From Bilabrum cf. latius (taxonomy: Eukaryota), in the NCBI GenBank assembly GCA_965178125.1, contig OZ237757.1, forward strand, positions 682,001-746,000: DNA of 64,000 bases. Direction: 5' to 3'. Within the stretch, counting starts at the first letter, position 1. Every line of letters starts with the position of its first letter. Positions 27,604 to 38,324 of the stretch are shown in pieces. Position numbers and translations under genes: made by a program. The notes beneath the pieces are model-generated. The model made no database searches. It worked only from the letters and a program-made list of their open reading frames with translations, and was not told where the DNA came from.

Positions 27604-29076
27604 TCAGGATGATCCAGAAACGCCTATACCCCGCCGTGGTGGGGTTGTGGCGCAACTGAAACTCCTGGAGCCTCGGGCTCGATACCCATAGGAGGGCTTC
27701 CCGACCACCGGCATGCCAGCTCCTGTCCGATTCCGGCTCTGTGCAAACTGTTGCCAGTTCAACATCCACCGGAGGCCTCGCGCGTTCTCCACCACAGGCA
27801 AGACGACAGCTCCATGAGCTCGGCTGGTAGAAGTTAATAGTTTAGCCGAGTCATGGGCACCATCTGCTGCGCAGGAGGTGTCGCGATGACCATTGAGTGC
27901 CGGACTCCACCAGCCCATCACACCCATTTCCCCATTCCCGTCTCCATCGGGCCATGGGGGTGGAGGACGCCCCGACCTTCCTGCCCCTTCCCCGTTCTGC
28001 TGGTCTGACCCGCCTCCTGGTGGCCTGCCCCAGGCAGCGCCCTCCGTCCCTTCCTCTCCTGGAGGCCTGCCCCAGGCAGCGCCCTCCGTCCCTTCCTCTC
28101 CTGGAGGCCTGCCCCAGGCAGCGCCCTCCGTCCCTTCCTCTCCTAGAGGCCTGCCCCAGGTAGCGCCCTCCGTCCCTTCCTCTCCTGGTGGCCTGCCCCA
28201 GGTAGCGCCCTCCGTCCCTTCCTCTCCTGGAGGCCTGCCCCAGGCAGCGCCCTCCGTCCCTTCCTCTCCTAGAGGCCTGCCCCAGGCAGCGCCCTCCGTC
28301 CCTTCCTCTCCTGGTGGCCTGCCCCAGGCAGCGCCCTCCGTGCCTTCCTCTCCTGGAGGCCTGCCCCAGGTAGCGCCCTCCGTCCCTTCCTCTCCTGGAG
28401 GCCTGCCCCACACAGCGCCCTCCGTCCCTTCCTCTCCTGGAGGCCTGCCCCAGGTAGCGCCCTCCGTCCCTTCCTCTCCTGGTGGCCTGCCCCAGGCAGC
28501 GCCCTCCGTCCCTTCCTCTCCTGGAGGCCTGCCCCAGGCAGCGCCCTCCGTCCCTTCCTCTCCTAGAGGCCTGCCCCAGGCAGCGCCCTCCGTCCCTTCC
28601 TCTCCTGGTGGCCTGCCCCAGGTAGCGCCCTCCGTCCCTTCCTCTCCTGGAGGCCTGCCCCAGGCAGCGCCCTCCGTCCCTTCCTCTCCTGGTGGCCTGC
28701 CCCAGGTAGCGCCCTCCGTCCCTTCCTCTCCTGGAGGCCTGCCCCAGGCAGTGCCCTCCGTCCCTTCCTCTCCTGGAGGCCTGCCCCAGGCAGCGCCCTC
28801 CGTCCCTTCCTCTCCTGGAGGCCTGCCCCACACAGCGCCCTCCGTCCCTTCCTCTCCTGGAGGCCTGCCCCAGGCAGCGCCCTCCGTCCCTTCCTCTCCT
28901 GGTGGCCTGCCCCAGGCAGTGCCCTCCGTCCCTTCCTCTCCTGGAGGCCTGCCCCACACAGCGCCCTCCGTCCCTTCCTCTCCTGGAGGCCTGCCCCAGG
29001 TAGCGCCCTCCGTCCCTTCCTCTCCTGGAGGCCTGCCCCAGGCAGCGCCCTCCGTCCCTTCCTCTACTGGAGGCAT
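27604..29076 (-). CDS. Possible repeat protein (PPGEEGTEGAAWGR)n, 490 aa
   Basis: ATG-to-TGA ORF spanning the array. Other frames are also open, so coding status is uncertain. Confidence 0.3.
   Translation of the reverse strand: MPPVEEGTEGAAWGRPPGEEGTEGATWGRPPGEEGTEGAVWGRPPGEEGTEGTAWGRPPGEEGTEGAAWGRPPGEEGTEGAVWGRPPGEEGTEGAAWGRPPGEEGTEGTAWGRPPGEEGTEGATWGRPPGEEGTEGAAWGRPPGEEGTEGATWGRPPGEEGTEGAAWGRPLGEEGTEGAAWGRPPGEEGTEGAAWGRPPGEEGTEGATWGRPPGEEGTEGAVWGRPPGEEGTEGATWGRPPGEEGTEGAAWGRPPGEEGTEGAAWGRPLGEEGTEGAAWGRPPGEEGTEGATWGRPPGEEGTEGATWGRPLGEEGTEGAAWGRPPGEEGTEGAAWGRPPGEEGTEGAAWGRPPGGGSDQQNGEGAGRSGRPPPPWPDGDGNGEMGVMGWWSPALNGHRDTSCAADGAHDSAKLLTSTSRAHGAVVLPVVENARGLRWMLNWQQFAQSRNRTGAGMPVVGKPSYGYRARGSRSFSCATTPPRRGIGVSGSS
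28015..29072. repeat. 42-bp tandem repeat (minisatellite), ~25 copies
   Basis: Unit ggcctgccccaggcagcgccctccgtcccttcctctcctgga with a few recurrent variants. Confidence 0.95.
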
Positions 29077-29974
29077 GGAAATCTGAAATCTGATTTAGGG
29101 TCAAGCATAACCCAACAATCGATCCAGATCCGGATCCGGTGAGCTGCTTCTCGTTCTCTCAACACGCAACAGTCACTATTTTTCTCGCTCAGATATTACC
29201 ACCCGGTACACTTGCCGTGGCGCAGCAGAAGCACAGTTCATACTTTTCTAGAATCTGTTCGTCTGTTGCCTTGACATATCAGAGATCTGCGGGGCTGTAC
29301 AAGACTAGTTTGAAGGATGGGATCTGGCGAGTCGAAAGTCTCGGCCACGGAATCCGATGTAGCGGCATCATCCATGAAACCTGTCGCATCTGGAACCGAT
29401 TCCCTCGCTCCCCGTGCTCCAGCTGCTAACATCCGATCTCTTGGTGCCAAACTGTCGCTCGAGGATCTGGCTCGCATGATAAGTAGACTTCGTCCAGTCG
29501 AGTCATCTGATCGCGATGAGGATTCGTTTCAGATGCACTTCGGATTTAGCGCCAGTGACAAGAAGCGACTGACCGCCCGTTTGGCAAGAGGTGCGCAGGG
29601 GCCGAGTGTGCCGCCTGGAGGCTTTCAAGCGCTTCCGGACAAGCAGCTCGTGGCCATTCCAGACTCAGCAGAGCGCCAGGCAGCAGTTCCGTTGCAAACA
29701 GCAGCTTTTCTGATACAGTGCAAAGCCTTGCATGGGCCAGTGCAATCAGTTGCTGCTATGGCGATGGTCGAGACTGTTCTCGAGGATCTCGAGTTCGCCA
29801 AGCAGATGCAGGCCGCCAGGATGCAGGCCCTGGTGAACGTGCGAGTCTCCAATGTTGAGAAAAACAACCTACATTTAAGCTTGACCCCAAAGCAAGTTGC
29901 GGGGTGCAGCTGGTGGGGCAAGGTCGCGCGCGGAGACAAGACCCAGGTTGTGCTGGACGTGAGGCTTGGCCGCG

Positions 29975-30075
29975 TGTTATCCGCCAAAATGTGTGTAGTT
30001 TTTATATAAGTAAACTCTATTTCTACTATATAGTAGAAATAGAGTTATCATAACTCCACATTTTGGCGGATAACA
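29975..30075. other. 101-nt terminal nested hairpin (mirrored at 54756-54856)
   Basis: 19-bp arms TGTTATCCGCCAAAATGTG / CACATTTTGGCGGATAACA enclose a perfect 34-bp palindrome (30013-30046). Confidence 0.95.
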
Positions 30076-31535
30076 TAAGAGGTCAATATTAACCACTTCA
30101 CAACATCTTAAGCCGTAGTCCTTCATAATGTCCTTCACTTGAACATAATAATTTAATAGCTATTTATTCATATATCTACCTAATTTAATACCTTCGCGCC
30201 GTTAATGTCTATCTGTTAGACCTTTACTTTACTTAATCTGTTGAGTGAATCCCTAGCCTAAGTCTTAGGATATGCCCGCCCGAAATTGCGGAAATATATA
30301 GTCATTTAAGAATATATGTTCGCAATTCTGGGCGCGTAGGTGTATTGAGTTTTATATTATGATTTGGTTTTAAGTATCAATTGACATTTACCACTTTAGA
30401 AAATAACTAAATAAATACTTAAAGAGATTGACAGAAGTATTAAAGTCTTTTTAATACTTCCAATGAAAAATTTAAATTAATAAATAAAACTAAACTAATA
30501 TATCAACTTAATTTATCTCTTTTTTTATTACTTGTCAATCTATACTTAAATAATTGAATATTTAAATATAACTAGAAGGAGATATTAATCACTTTATAAA
30601 GTCTTTTATATGTCATCTCTTCAAAACTTCAAATATAAGGGTATCCCCTTAAAAATACATCCTTTAATCTATCGCCCGAAATTGCGGTAATATTATAGCT
30701 ATTCAAGATATATTTCTGCAATTCTGGGCGCGTAGGTGTATTGATTTTTATTTTTCATAATTCTTTAAATATGTTAAAGTCCTTTGTTTGAGTATATGAT
30801 ATAAAGGAATACAAAGCGGGATAACTTAAAAATGATAAATGTTTTGACGATGACTTTAAAATGACTCAATGAACTGGTTTATGTCAAGTGTATTACTTTG
30901 AAATGATTAATCACTAGATTAAATGGAAAATATAGGATAATAAAATATGGTATAGTATAATACTAGCGCCCGAAATTGCGGTAATATATTAGGATATTAA
31001 GATATATTGTCGCAATTCTGGGCGCGTAGGTGTATTGAGTTTTATATTTTGTTAATTTTGACATAGTTATCTTATAGAGGTGTAATTTTGTAATAAAGAT
31101 ATTTCTAGTATGTGCTATATTAAATGTCCAGAAATGACGGCCCGAAATTGCGGAAATATATAAGTATTCTAGAAATTATGTCCGCAATTCTGGGCGCTTA
31201 GGTGTCTTCAATAATTAATAATCAACTACTTCTTTATTTTGATTAATTTTTTTGACTTACCGTTCATTTTATTGACCACTTAACGGGATATCACAAAAAG
31301 ACTTAACCACTTGACGAGATATTTTAAAATAACTAATAATAAATATGACCGCCCCAAATTGTATCTCCAGATATGACCGCCCCAAATTGTATCTCCAGAT
31401 ATGACCGCCCCAAATTGTATCTCCAGATATGACCGCCCCAAATTGCGGAAATATATAAGTATCAAGAAAATTATGTTTGCAATTCTGGGCGCTCACCCGT
31501 ATTCAATTTTACATATTCACTAAGTCATACCACTT
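29975..31535 (+). repeat. Left terminal inverted repeat (~1.56 kb)
   Basis: Reverse complement of 53235-54856 apart from tandem-repeat copy number and one swapped spacer. Confidence 0.95.
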
Positions 31536-32499
31536 GAAGTGGTCCATTTGATCTTGTGTTCATATTTAGAATGTCCTTTAACTGGTTTCAATGTATTGAG
31601 CACTTCTTCTAACTAGTCCTTAACATATGATTTAGTCTAATGATATGTCTTAGTTGTCTTCACCTATTTAATAACTGAACTCTGCTGCGAATCAATGAGT
31701 GCTCCTTCTACATGCCCAATGGCCAAATCACGGACCCGCTCCCACAGTTGGGGCAGTTCCATAAAAAAAACAAACAGGACGTCCCTGCGCCCGTCCCGCG
31801 CCCTCTCCCCCCCACGAGGGACAGTCCGCCCCGAATCGACTGGTTCTCCTCAGTCGCGTCTCGCGCATGCTATACCACACTCGCCACAAATGTACACGCT
31901 ACCCCAATCCTTGCATCGTCTGCGCCTCCAGGCTCGCTCCGATGCCTCCCCTTCTAGTCCTGCCCCATTCTGATCTGCTGTCTCCCTACGCACCCGTACG
32001 TCTCAGCCTTCGCCAGAAATCCTACTGCCTTGTGGTCTGGCCCCACTCGGCTGCCTCCGCTGCCCCTCCCTCCCCATGGGCCTCCACGCTCCCGAGCCCT
32101 ACTGGCTTGCTCGGGCCTGTCCGTGCCCCTTCGTCGTCCCCGCCACGCGTCTGGTTAACCGCGCTCGGGGCATCCCGATCCTCCCCTTTCCTCCGTTCAT
32201 CTTGGAATCCCCCTCTCCGTCGCCTCCCCCGGTGCCACCCGACCCCTTGGTGGGCCGCCGCCCGTCCACCCTGTCACCTCCGCCAAGCTCCCCCGTCTGC
32301 TCCTGTCCCCCTCTCACCTGGCCCCCTCGCTGTCACCTCCCGCCGTTGTTGTCCTCCACCTGCACGTGCGCTGCTGCTGTACCCTCCCCGTCGGAGCCCC
32401 CATCGCTGTCTCACAGCCCTCAATCCCAATGTCTGATGACACAGATAATAATTTACAAGTCTTACCGACAATATACTAAGTTAATAAATCTTGTATCAT
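31517..32499 (-). pseudogene. Small viral gene (90 aa) disrupted by the GC-rich insertion
   Basis: Deleting 710 nt between the two CCCAAT(G) copies restores MIQDLLT(Q)YIVGKTCKLLSVSSDIGHVEGALIDSQQSS...GMT(Q)-TGA. Confidence 0.7.
31721..32424. mobile_element. ~700-bp GC/C-rich non-coding insertion flanked by a CCCAAT(G) direct repeat
   Basis: Host-like GC content inside AT-rich viral DNA; CCCAATG at 31715-31721 and 32425-32431; no TIR or convincing ORF. Confidence 0.8.
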
Positions 32500-32507
32500 A
32501 ATATATT

Positions 32508-32915
32508 ATGTATGAGATAATTATTGATGGATTCAAATATAAACCCTCTACTCGTAAAAATAAGAAATATGATGTATTCAAGAATGGCAAGTATATTACT
32601 AGCTTTGGTGATAAACGATATGCTCAATACTTTGATTTGATTGGTAAGTATGGAGACAATAACCATATTGACTCTAAAAGACGACGCCTATACTACCGAA
32701 GACATGGGAAGACTACCGATACTAATAGCTCAAAATATCACAGTCATAAAATCTTATGGGGAAGTGATAATGCTATTAAGGACTACTTAACAAAACTAGC
32801 CAATGGAGTATTAGATGTAAAAAGGTATGTTAAAGGGGATACTTTGGAAAAATGGTTAGATGACTATAGGTCTAAAGTGGACGCAAGACTGAAACAATTA
32901 AAAATATTAAATTAA
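32508..32915 (+). CDS. Small basic viral protein, DUF5754-like
   Basis: STRKNKKY...FGDKRY..Y....RRRLYYRRH....ILW pattern recalled from giant-virus/virophage proteins; ends TAA. Confidence 0.65.
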   Translation: MYEIIIDGFKYKPSTRKNKKYDVFKNGKYITSFGDKRYAQYFDLIGKYGDNNHIDSKRRRLYYRRHGKTTDTNSSKYHSHKILWGSDNAIKDYLTKLANGVLDVKRYVKGDTLEKWLDDYRSKVDARLKQLKILN

Positions 32916-33072
32916 AAAGTCAATACGCCTACGCGCCCAGAATTGCGAAAATATATCTTGAATAGCTATAATATTACCGCAATTTCGGGCGCCCAAATTT
33001 GAATCGAGCTTAAGACATCTCGTTTAATTAGACTTAAAAATAATATATTATTATAGTATATACTATATTATA

Positions 33073-33606
33073 ATGTGCTATAAATGTCGTAACTTCATAA
33101 TCAATAAGCTAAAGATTAATGACTGGAATAAGATAGCCCCTCTATTAATACCAGCTGGAGAGACTAGAGAAGAAGACGGAAAGTGTATCTGTGATCACCA
33201 AATTAAGGAAGTTCATTTCGTTGAGTATCCCCCAACTGGTGATATATTTAAATTAGGTTCTGAATGTATTAATAACACATTCGAAAAGGATCATGATGTG
33301 TATAAGGCTTGTATGTATAAGACTTGTGATGTATGCTCTTGTGTTGTTAAACGTAGTAGCTGGAAAAGTCATATTAAATCCATTAAACACGAATTAAATA
33401 AAGACATATTAAAAGATAAGAGTAGATGCACTGATTGCGATGAGTTCATTGAAAAACATAAATATAAAAAGACTTGTCTTAGTTGTTATAATAAAAAGAG
33501 GAAATACTCACAATGTAAGAAATGTGAAAAGTATCTTATTAAACCAGGAGCCACTTTCTGGTTTTGTTATGACTGTAACTAGAAGAGAAAGAAATATAAG
33601 AAATAA
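33073..33606 (+). CDS. Viral zinc-finger protein (multiple CxxC, one C2H2-type CDVC...HIKSIKH)
   Basis: Cys pairs throughout; extends through TAG 33580 to TAA 33604-33606. Confidence 0.7.
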
Positions 33607-33646
33607 TGTTTAATTTACGCCAACATATTATATCGTCTTTATATAT

Positions 33647-33880
33647 ATGTACGACTTGAAAATTATAATGTCTCCCAAGTTTTTAAAAGCTTGTAAAAAT
33701 AATAAAGTTATTGAAAAGGCTATAAAAGCTATAGAGGACAATTTAAAAGATGAAATTAAATTATGTTTTGATGGCAATGAGTGGGATATGTCAAATGGAT
33801 CATAGACTCTTTTTTATAATCTTCAAAGTAAAGAAGAACGAGAAGAAATATTAAAGAAAAATGGAACAATTACAGCATAA
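33647..33880 (+). CDS. Hypothetical viral protein (77 aa)
   Basis: ATG to TAA with one TAG; preceded by the CGCCAA...TATATAT motif. Confidence 0.5.
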
Positions 33881-33966
33881 ACAACTAGAAGAAATAACAG
33901 AAGACAATATGTTAAAAAATCGTTTAATTAACGCCAAAATTTATATCTACTATATATATAGTAAAT

Positions 33967-35622
33967 ATGACTAATAAAGGCAAGACATACACTAGAGGTA
34001 AAATATCTTACACGTATGGTGATGAACCGACAAAAAATCAAAAAGATAGTGATAATTTAGAAGCCACTATTAAGGGACTACTTGATAAAGGATTTGAAGA
34101 GGTACCAACTACCAAAGCAAGTATTAAAAAAATACCTTTATATTCTTATGTATCTTATGTAAGTAATATCAAGGGAAAGCCACTATTTAGAAGAGGTGGG
34201 GTAATTAACTCAATATAGAAGGATGGAGACTATTTCACTTTATATAACTTAGTGAGTCGTGTTCATTTTAGCGTTCAATAGTCTAACCTAGTTCGTCTTT
34301 TTTATAAGATGACTAAAGCTTAGACGAAAAAACTTAATAAACCAACCGGTAAATTAATTGAAGTAGAAGATGAGGACGACAAAGACAAATTTAATTATAA
34401 ACCAATATTAAAGAAACTATATTATGAAGAAGGTAATGTAGTCAGTCGTGATGCGTTATATGACCTAGCTAGACAAAAAGATAAACGTATTAAAAGACGA
34501 CAAGTAGAAAAGTGGTTAAATAACTAGATGCTCCACCAATTGACCAAAAAACGACCTAAACAGTCAGCAGTAAGTTCTTTTGTACCTACTAAGCCTTTCT
34601 CAATTTACGCATTGGACTTAATAGACATGCAAAAGTATTCAGACACTAATGACGGCTATAATTGGATATTAAATATAATGGATATATTCACAAAATACCT
34701 ATGGAGTATTTCATTAAAAGATAAGACATTAGTTAATATAATTCGTGAGATGAAGAAACTATTTAAGAAACCTAATTGGAGAAAACCGACTGTTATGTTA
34801 AGTGATAATGAGTTTAATAAAGAGGCATATATTAAATTTATGAATGACAATGACATAAAACCACTATTCACCATCGCAGGAAATCCATAGTCTAATGGTG
34901 CAGTTGAAAGACTTAACAGGACTATAAAAGAATAGATTAGAAAAGACTTTGCTATAAAGAATGACAGTGATGGTGTTTGGCATACGTCATTATAGAGACT
35001 AGTAAGAGCTTATAATAAGAGAAAACACAACACTATAGGAATGTCTCCAATAGAAGCAATGAAACCTGAAAATTTAGAAGTAGTTAGATCTAGAATTGAA
35101 AATAAGAAATTATCAAATAATTTTGACGGGAATGATAAAGATCTTAATGTAGGGGATAGAGTTAGAGTATTACTTGAGAAGAACAAGTTTAAAGGAAATT
35201 TATTTAATTGGTCTAGAGAAGTCTTCACTGTTAGATAGAAGACCAAACCAAGAAATCCTAAGTAGAGGATTAAATATAAAGTAATGGACAAAGAGGGAGA
35301 ACCTCTTACTGGATTCTTTAATGCTTCACAGTTATAGAAAATAGACAATGTAGAACACGAAGATAAGGTAAATGATGACATAGACAAGGAAAGTGAAGAG
35401 CCTGAAATTGATAATGTTGAAGGTTTAGAAGTAGAACCAGACACAATAGAGAAGTTTTTAGATAAAAGACAAAATAAAGATAGACTTATTGAATACTTAG
35501 TCAAATATAAGGGATATTCTAATAAGTTTAATGAATGGATTACCCGTAAGAAATTAGAATAGGATTATGGGAAAGACCAAATACGACCACTTGCGAAAGA
35601 CTATTCTGATAGATAGAGATAA
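33967..35622 (+). CDS. Retroviral-type (rve) DDE integrase with C-terminal chromodomain, 551 aa
   Basis: One frame with about 12 in-frame TAGs. VEKWLNN(Q), ALDLIDM (D), LSDNEF (D), NP(Q)SNGAVERLNRTIK (E), YNKRKHNTIGMSP, VGDRVRV, NWSREVF; chromodomain IEKFLDKR..EYLVKYKGY..NEW. Confidence 0.93.
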
Positions 35623-35852
35623 TTAATCTAGTAATATACTTTATGGCATAATACCAGCGCCCCAAATTGCGATAATATATTAGGATATTAAGATATATTT
35701 CCGCAATTCTGGGCGCGTAGGTGTATTGATTTTTATAATTATGTCATTTTATGTTAGCCAGTGTTTAGATACGACTTTTAAAATAATAATTTTTTCTAGT
35801 ATTTACCATATTAATATAAAACAAAGTCAAAGAAATTATTTATAATAAGTAT

Positions 35853-36533
35853 ATGGAATTGTTAAATATAACAAGATACAAAAATAAAGACCTTCTAAAA
35901 AGAGTAGTCAAGTTAAGTGAAAAGTACAAGTGGTCTCGTGATGACTTAAAAATGTTATGGATTAACAAGCATTATTCAAGTTTATAGGGTGAAATAGATG
36001 ATGAAGGGGACGAGATAGCAACTATAAATTTAGTGAGACAACCGTCTAAAATAGAACCTATCTAGTTAAAACCTCCACAATTAGAACGACAATAGGCTAT
36101 ATTGGAAGATGTTGAATTAGATAGCGAAGACATAGAGGATAATAAAGAGGAAGACTATTTGAATGATACATATAGTGATACAAGTAGTGAAGTAGTGAGT
36201 GAAGTCATTGAAGAGAAACCAATTAAAGAGAAACCAAAACCAAAAATCAATATTAGTGATCTTACAGTGAGTGATAAACCTGAATATGTTTATTGTGTAG
36301 AGATTAATGATACAAAGGTATATTTTAACAAAAAGAATACATAGACTTATCCTGATGCTTTAAGAAGAGGTAAATCACACGCTGATAAAATGAGAAAGCG
36401 AGTATTAGGACATCTTCATTTTGATGAGACCGATATGTATGACAGCAACTTATGGTATGCTAAAGTGTGCTGGGGTGATAGTGATAAAATTCATGATAAC
36501 TTTACAAAGTTTAAAAATATCTTATTAAAATGA
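35853..36533 (+). CDS. Hypothetical viral protein (226 aa) with acidic middle region
   Basis: ATG to TGA with in-frame TAGs; includes ORF 36102..36344. Confidence 0.65.
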
Positions 36534-36552
36534 CCACTATATATATAGGTAA

Positions 36553-37059
36553 ATGAAAAACACAATTTGGAAGTTTTTAAATGAATACTTTGATGTCTTT
36601 AGTTTAATACTTAAAATACGAGACGAAAACCCTAGTGATGTCATAAGTACTATAATAGCAATGTATGAAGAGAGCGAAATAGAAGACCCAAAAGAGATCC
36701 ATAAACATATGAGTGAAATACGTCATAACTTGGAACTTAGATTTAAAACAAAGTATGTTGAAGTATTAAGCACAGATCACGATGACAAAGCAGAAAGTTA
36801 TCTCCATCTTAATAATATATTATGTAATATTGAAGGAGAGCAATATGTGGAGGATAGCAAAATCAAGATGTCCGAGAAAAAACAAGTATTTATAAAGACT
36901 TACGGTGATGTGGATAAATTCAACGAGACTGTCCAAGAGATGGAACAAGAAGACGAAAAGACTAAAACAGGAGTAGAAAAAGAAATAGATCAAAAGTTAA
37001 GTCTATTATGTAATACTTCTAAACAACCAGACAATATTTGTCTAGATTATAAATTGTAA
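36553..37059 (+). CDS. Hypothetical viral protein (168 aa)
   Basis: Intact ORF preceded by a CTATATATATAG motif; ends TAA. Confidence 0.7.
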   Translation: MKNTIWKFLNEYFDVFSLILKIRDENPSDVISTIIAMYEESEIEDPKEIHKHMSEIRHNLELRFKTKYVEVLSTDHDDKAESYLHLNNILCNIEGEQYVEDSKIKMSEKKQVFIKTYGDVDKFNETVQEMEQEDEKTKTGVEKEIDQKLSLLCNTSKQPDNICLDYKL

Positions 37060-37171
37060 TATCAGTATGTATTTTAATTATAAAAATACAAATTGACAGG
37101 TTAGATACGACCGCCCCAAATTGCGGATATATTATAGCTATTCAAGATATATTTTCGCAATTCTGGGCGTC

Positions 37172-37486
37172 TCACCGTGTTGATTTTTCCACACGTTTTA
37201 ACTCATTCATAATTTCTAAATCAAGTAAGCCATTAATAATACGAAAATCTTTGTAATCTTGCGCCATCTAAAACATTCCTTCATATTTAGGCAACATAGC
37301 CATTTTAAGACCTAGGATAGACTTAATATCTTCGTAGGTAATAATCTAGTCTTTTTCTACTTCTTTTAGCTCTTCAACTTCACAAATACGAAGGTCCTTT
37401 CCATCAAAAAATTGATCAAAAGCTGTCTTTACCTTTTTTAATATATTGTTCAAACTTTTTATGTTATAAATATTATTAAAGTTCAT
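37172..37486 (-). CDS. Hypothetical viral protein (104 aa)
   Basis: ATG to TGA with two TAGs; preceded by CGCCAAAAAATATTTACTATATATATAG. Confidence 0.6.
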
Positions 37487-37642
37487 TTCTATATATATAT
37501 AGTAAATATTTTTTGGCGGAATAATTAAACTTAGGATCTAACCGCCCGAAATTGCGGAAATATTATAGCTATTCAAGATATATTTGTGCAATTCTGGGCG
37601 CGTAGGCGTATTGACTTTTGTATTATTTTGTATTTATTTGTA

Positions 37643-38281
37643 TTATATTTGGTACCCTAACTAGAGGCAATTCCTCAATTTATCGTGAAGCTATTCGTAA
37701 GTATTATAAATGTAATAGCTAGAAGGGTTCAACTCTTTGATATAAGAGTTACGGTCTTCTAACATAGACTTCTATTTATCTACTTTCTAATTCTTTAAAG
37801 TCTTCTAGAATAGTGAATTAGATGGAAGACATACAACTATACTTTCTTTTTTAAATAACTCATTAGCTAGACTTAACTCTTTAGTAAAGAATATTACTCT
37901 CTTCTCGCTACCTTCATTCAACCAGTTATCTTTTACCCATTGAAGGGCTTCTTTACTGGCTTTTCTATTAAGTATATTATAATTACCCCAATCACTTTTT
38001 AACTTACATTCGTCTAGTTTCATAAGTAATTCGGGCTCCTAGACATATACTCCTAGAGTACTATCTAAATCAACAAGTAAACAGTCTTTAGAACTAGACC
38101 GTAATATTTGACAAGCGGTAGACTTACCACTACCTTCAGGCACACAGATACATATTTTTTTACGTTTATGTAAAGGTTTATCCCATAACCACTACCAACA
38201 AGACATACCACCAGAGTATGCTAGAGGTAGTAAGACACTTAAACCTCCTACAACGACACTGCTTGAACTGATTCCATCCAT
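37643..38281 (-). CDS. Viral P-loop NTPase/kinase-like protein (212 aa)
   Basis: Walker A-like ICVPEGSGKST followed by LLVDLD; frame continuous through TAGs to TAA. Confidence 0.6.
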
Positions 38282-38324
38282 TTTATTATATTAATAAAAA
38301 AGATATTTCTATAATTAAACTCAA

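Noticed and set aside
124-29104. Numerous overlapping antisense and alternative-frame ORFs in GC-rich host DNA (also 54822-63790)
   Set aside because: These are shadow ORFs expected at high GC; they overlap better-supported genes and lack motifs.
30278-31500. CRISPR array in the TIR
   Set aside because: Spacing is irregular (about 170-400 bp), inner spacers recur, copies are dispersed between genes, and no cas genes are present in this eukaryotic context.
31721-32424. GC-rich insert as a spliceosomal intron or protein-coding gene
   Set aside because: No GT..AG boundary in any register on the coding strand; its ORFs are low-complexity Pro/Ser products of C-richness.
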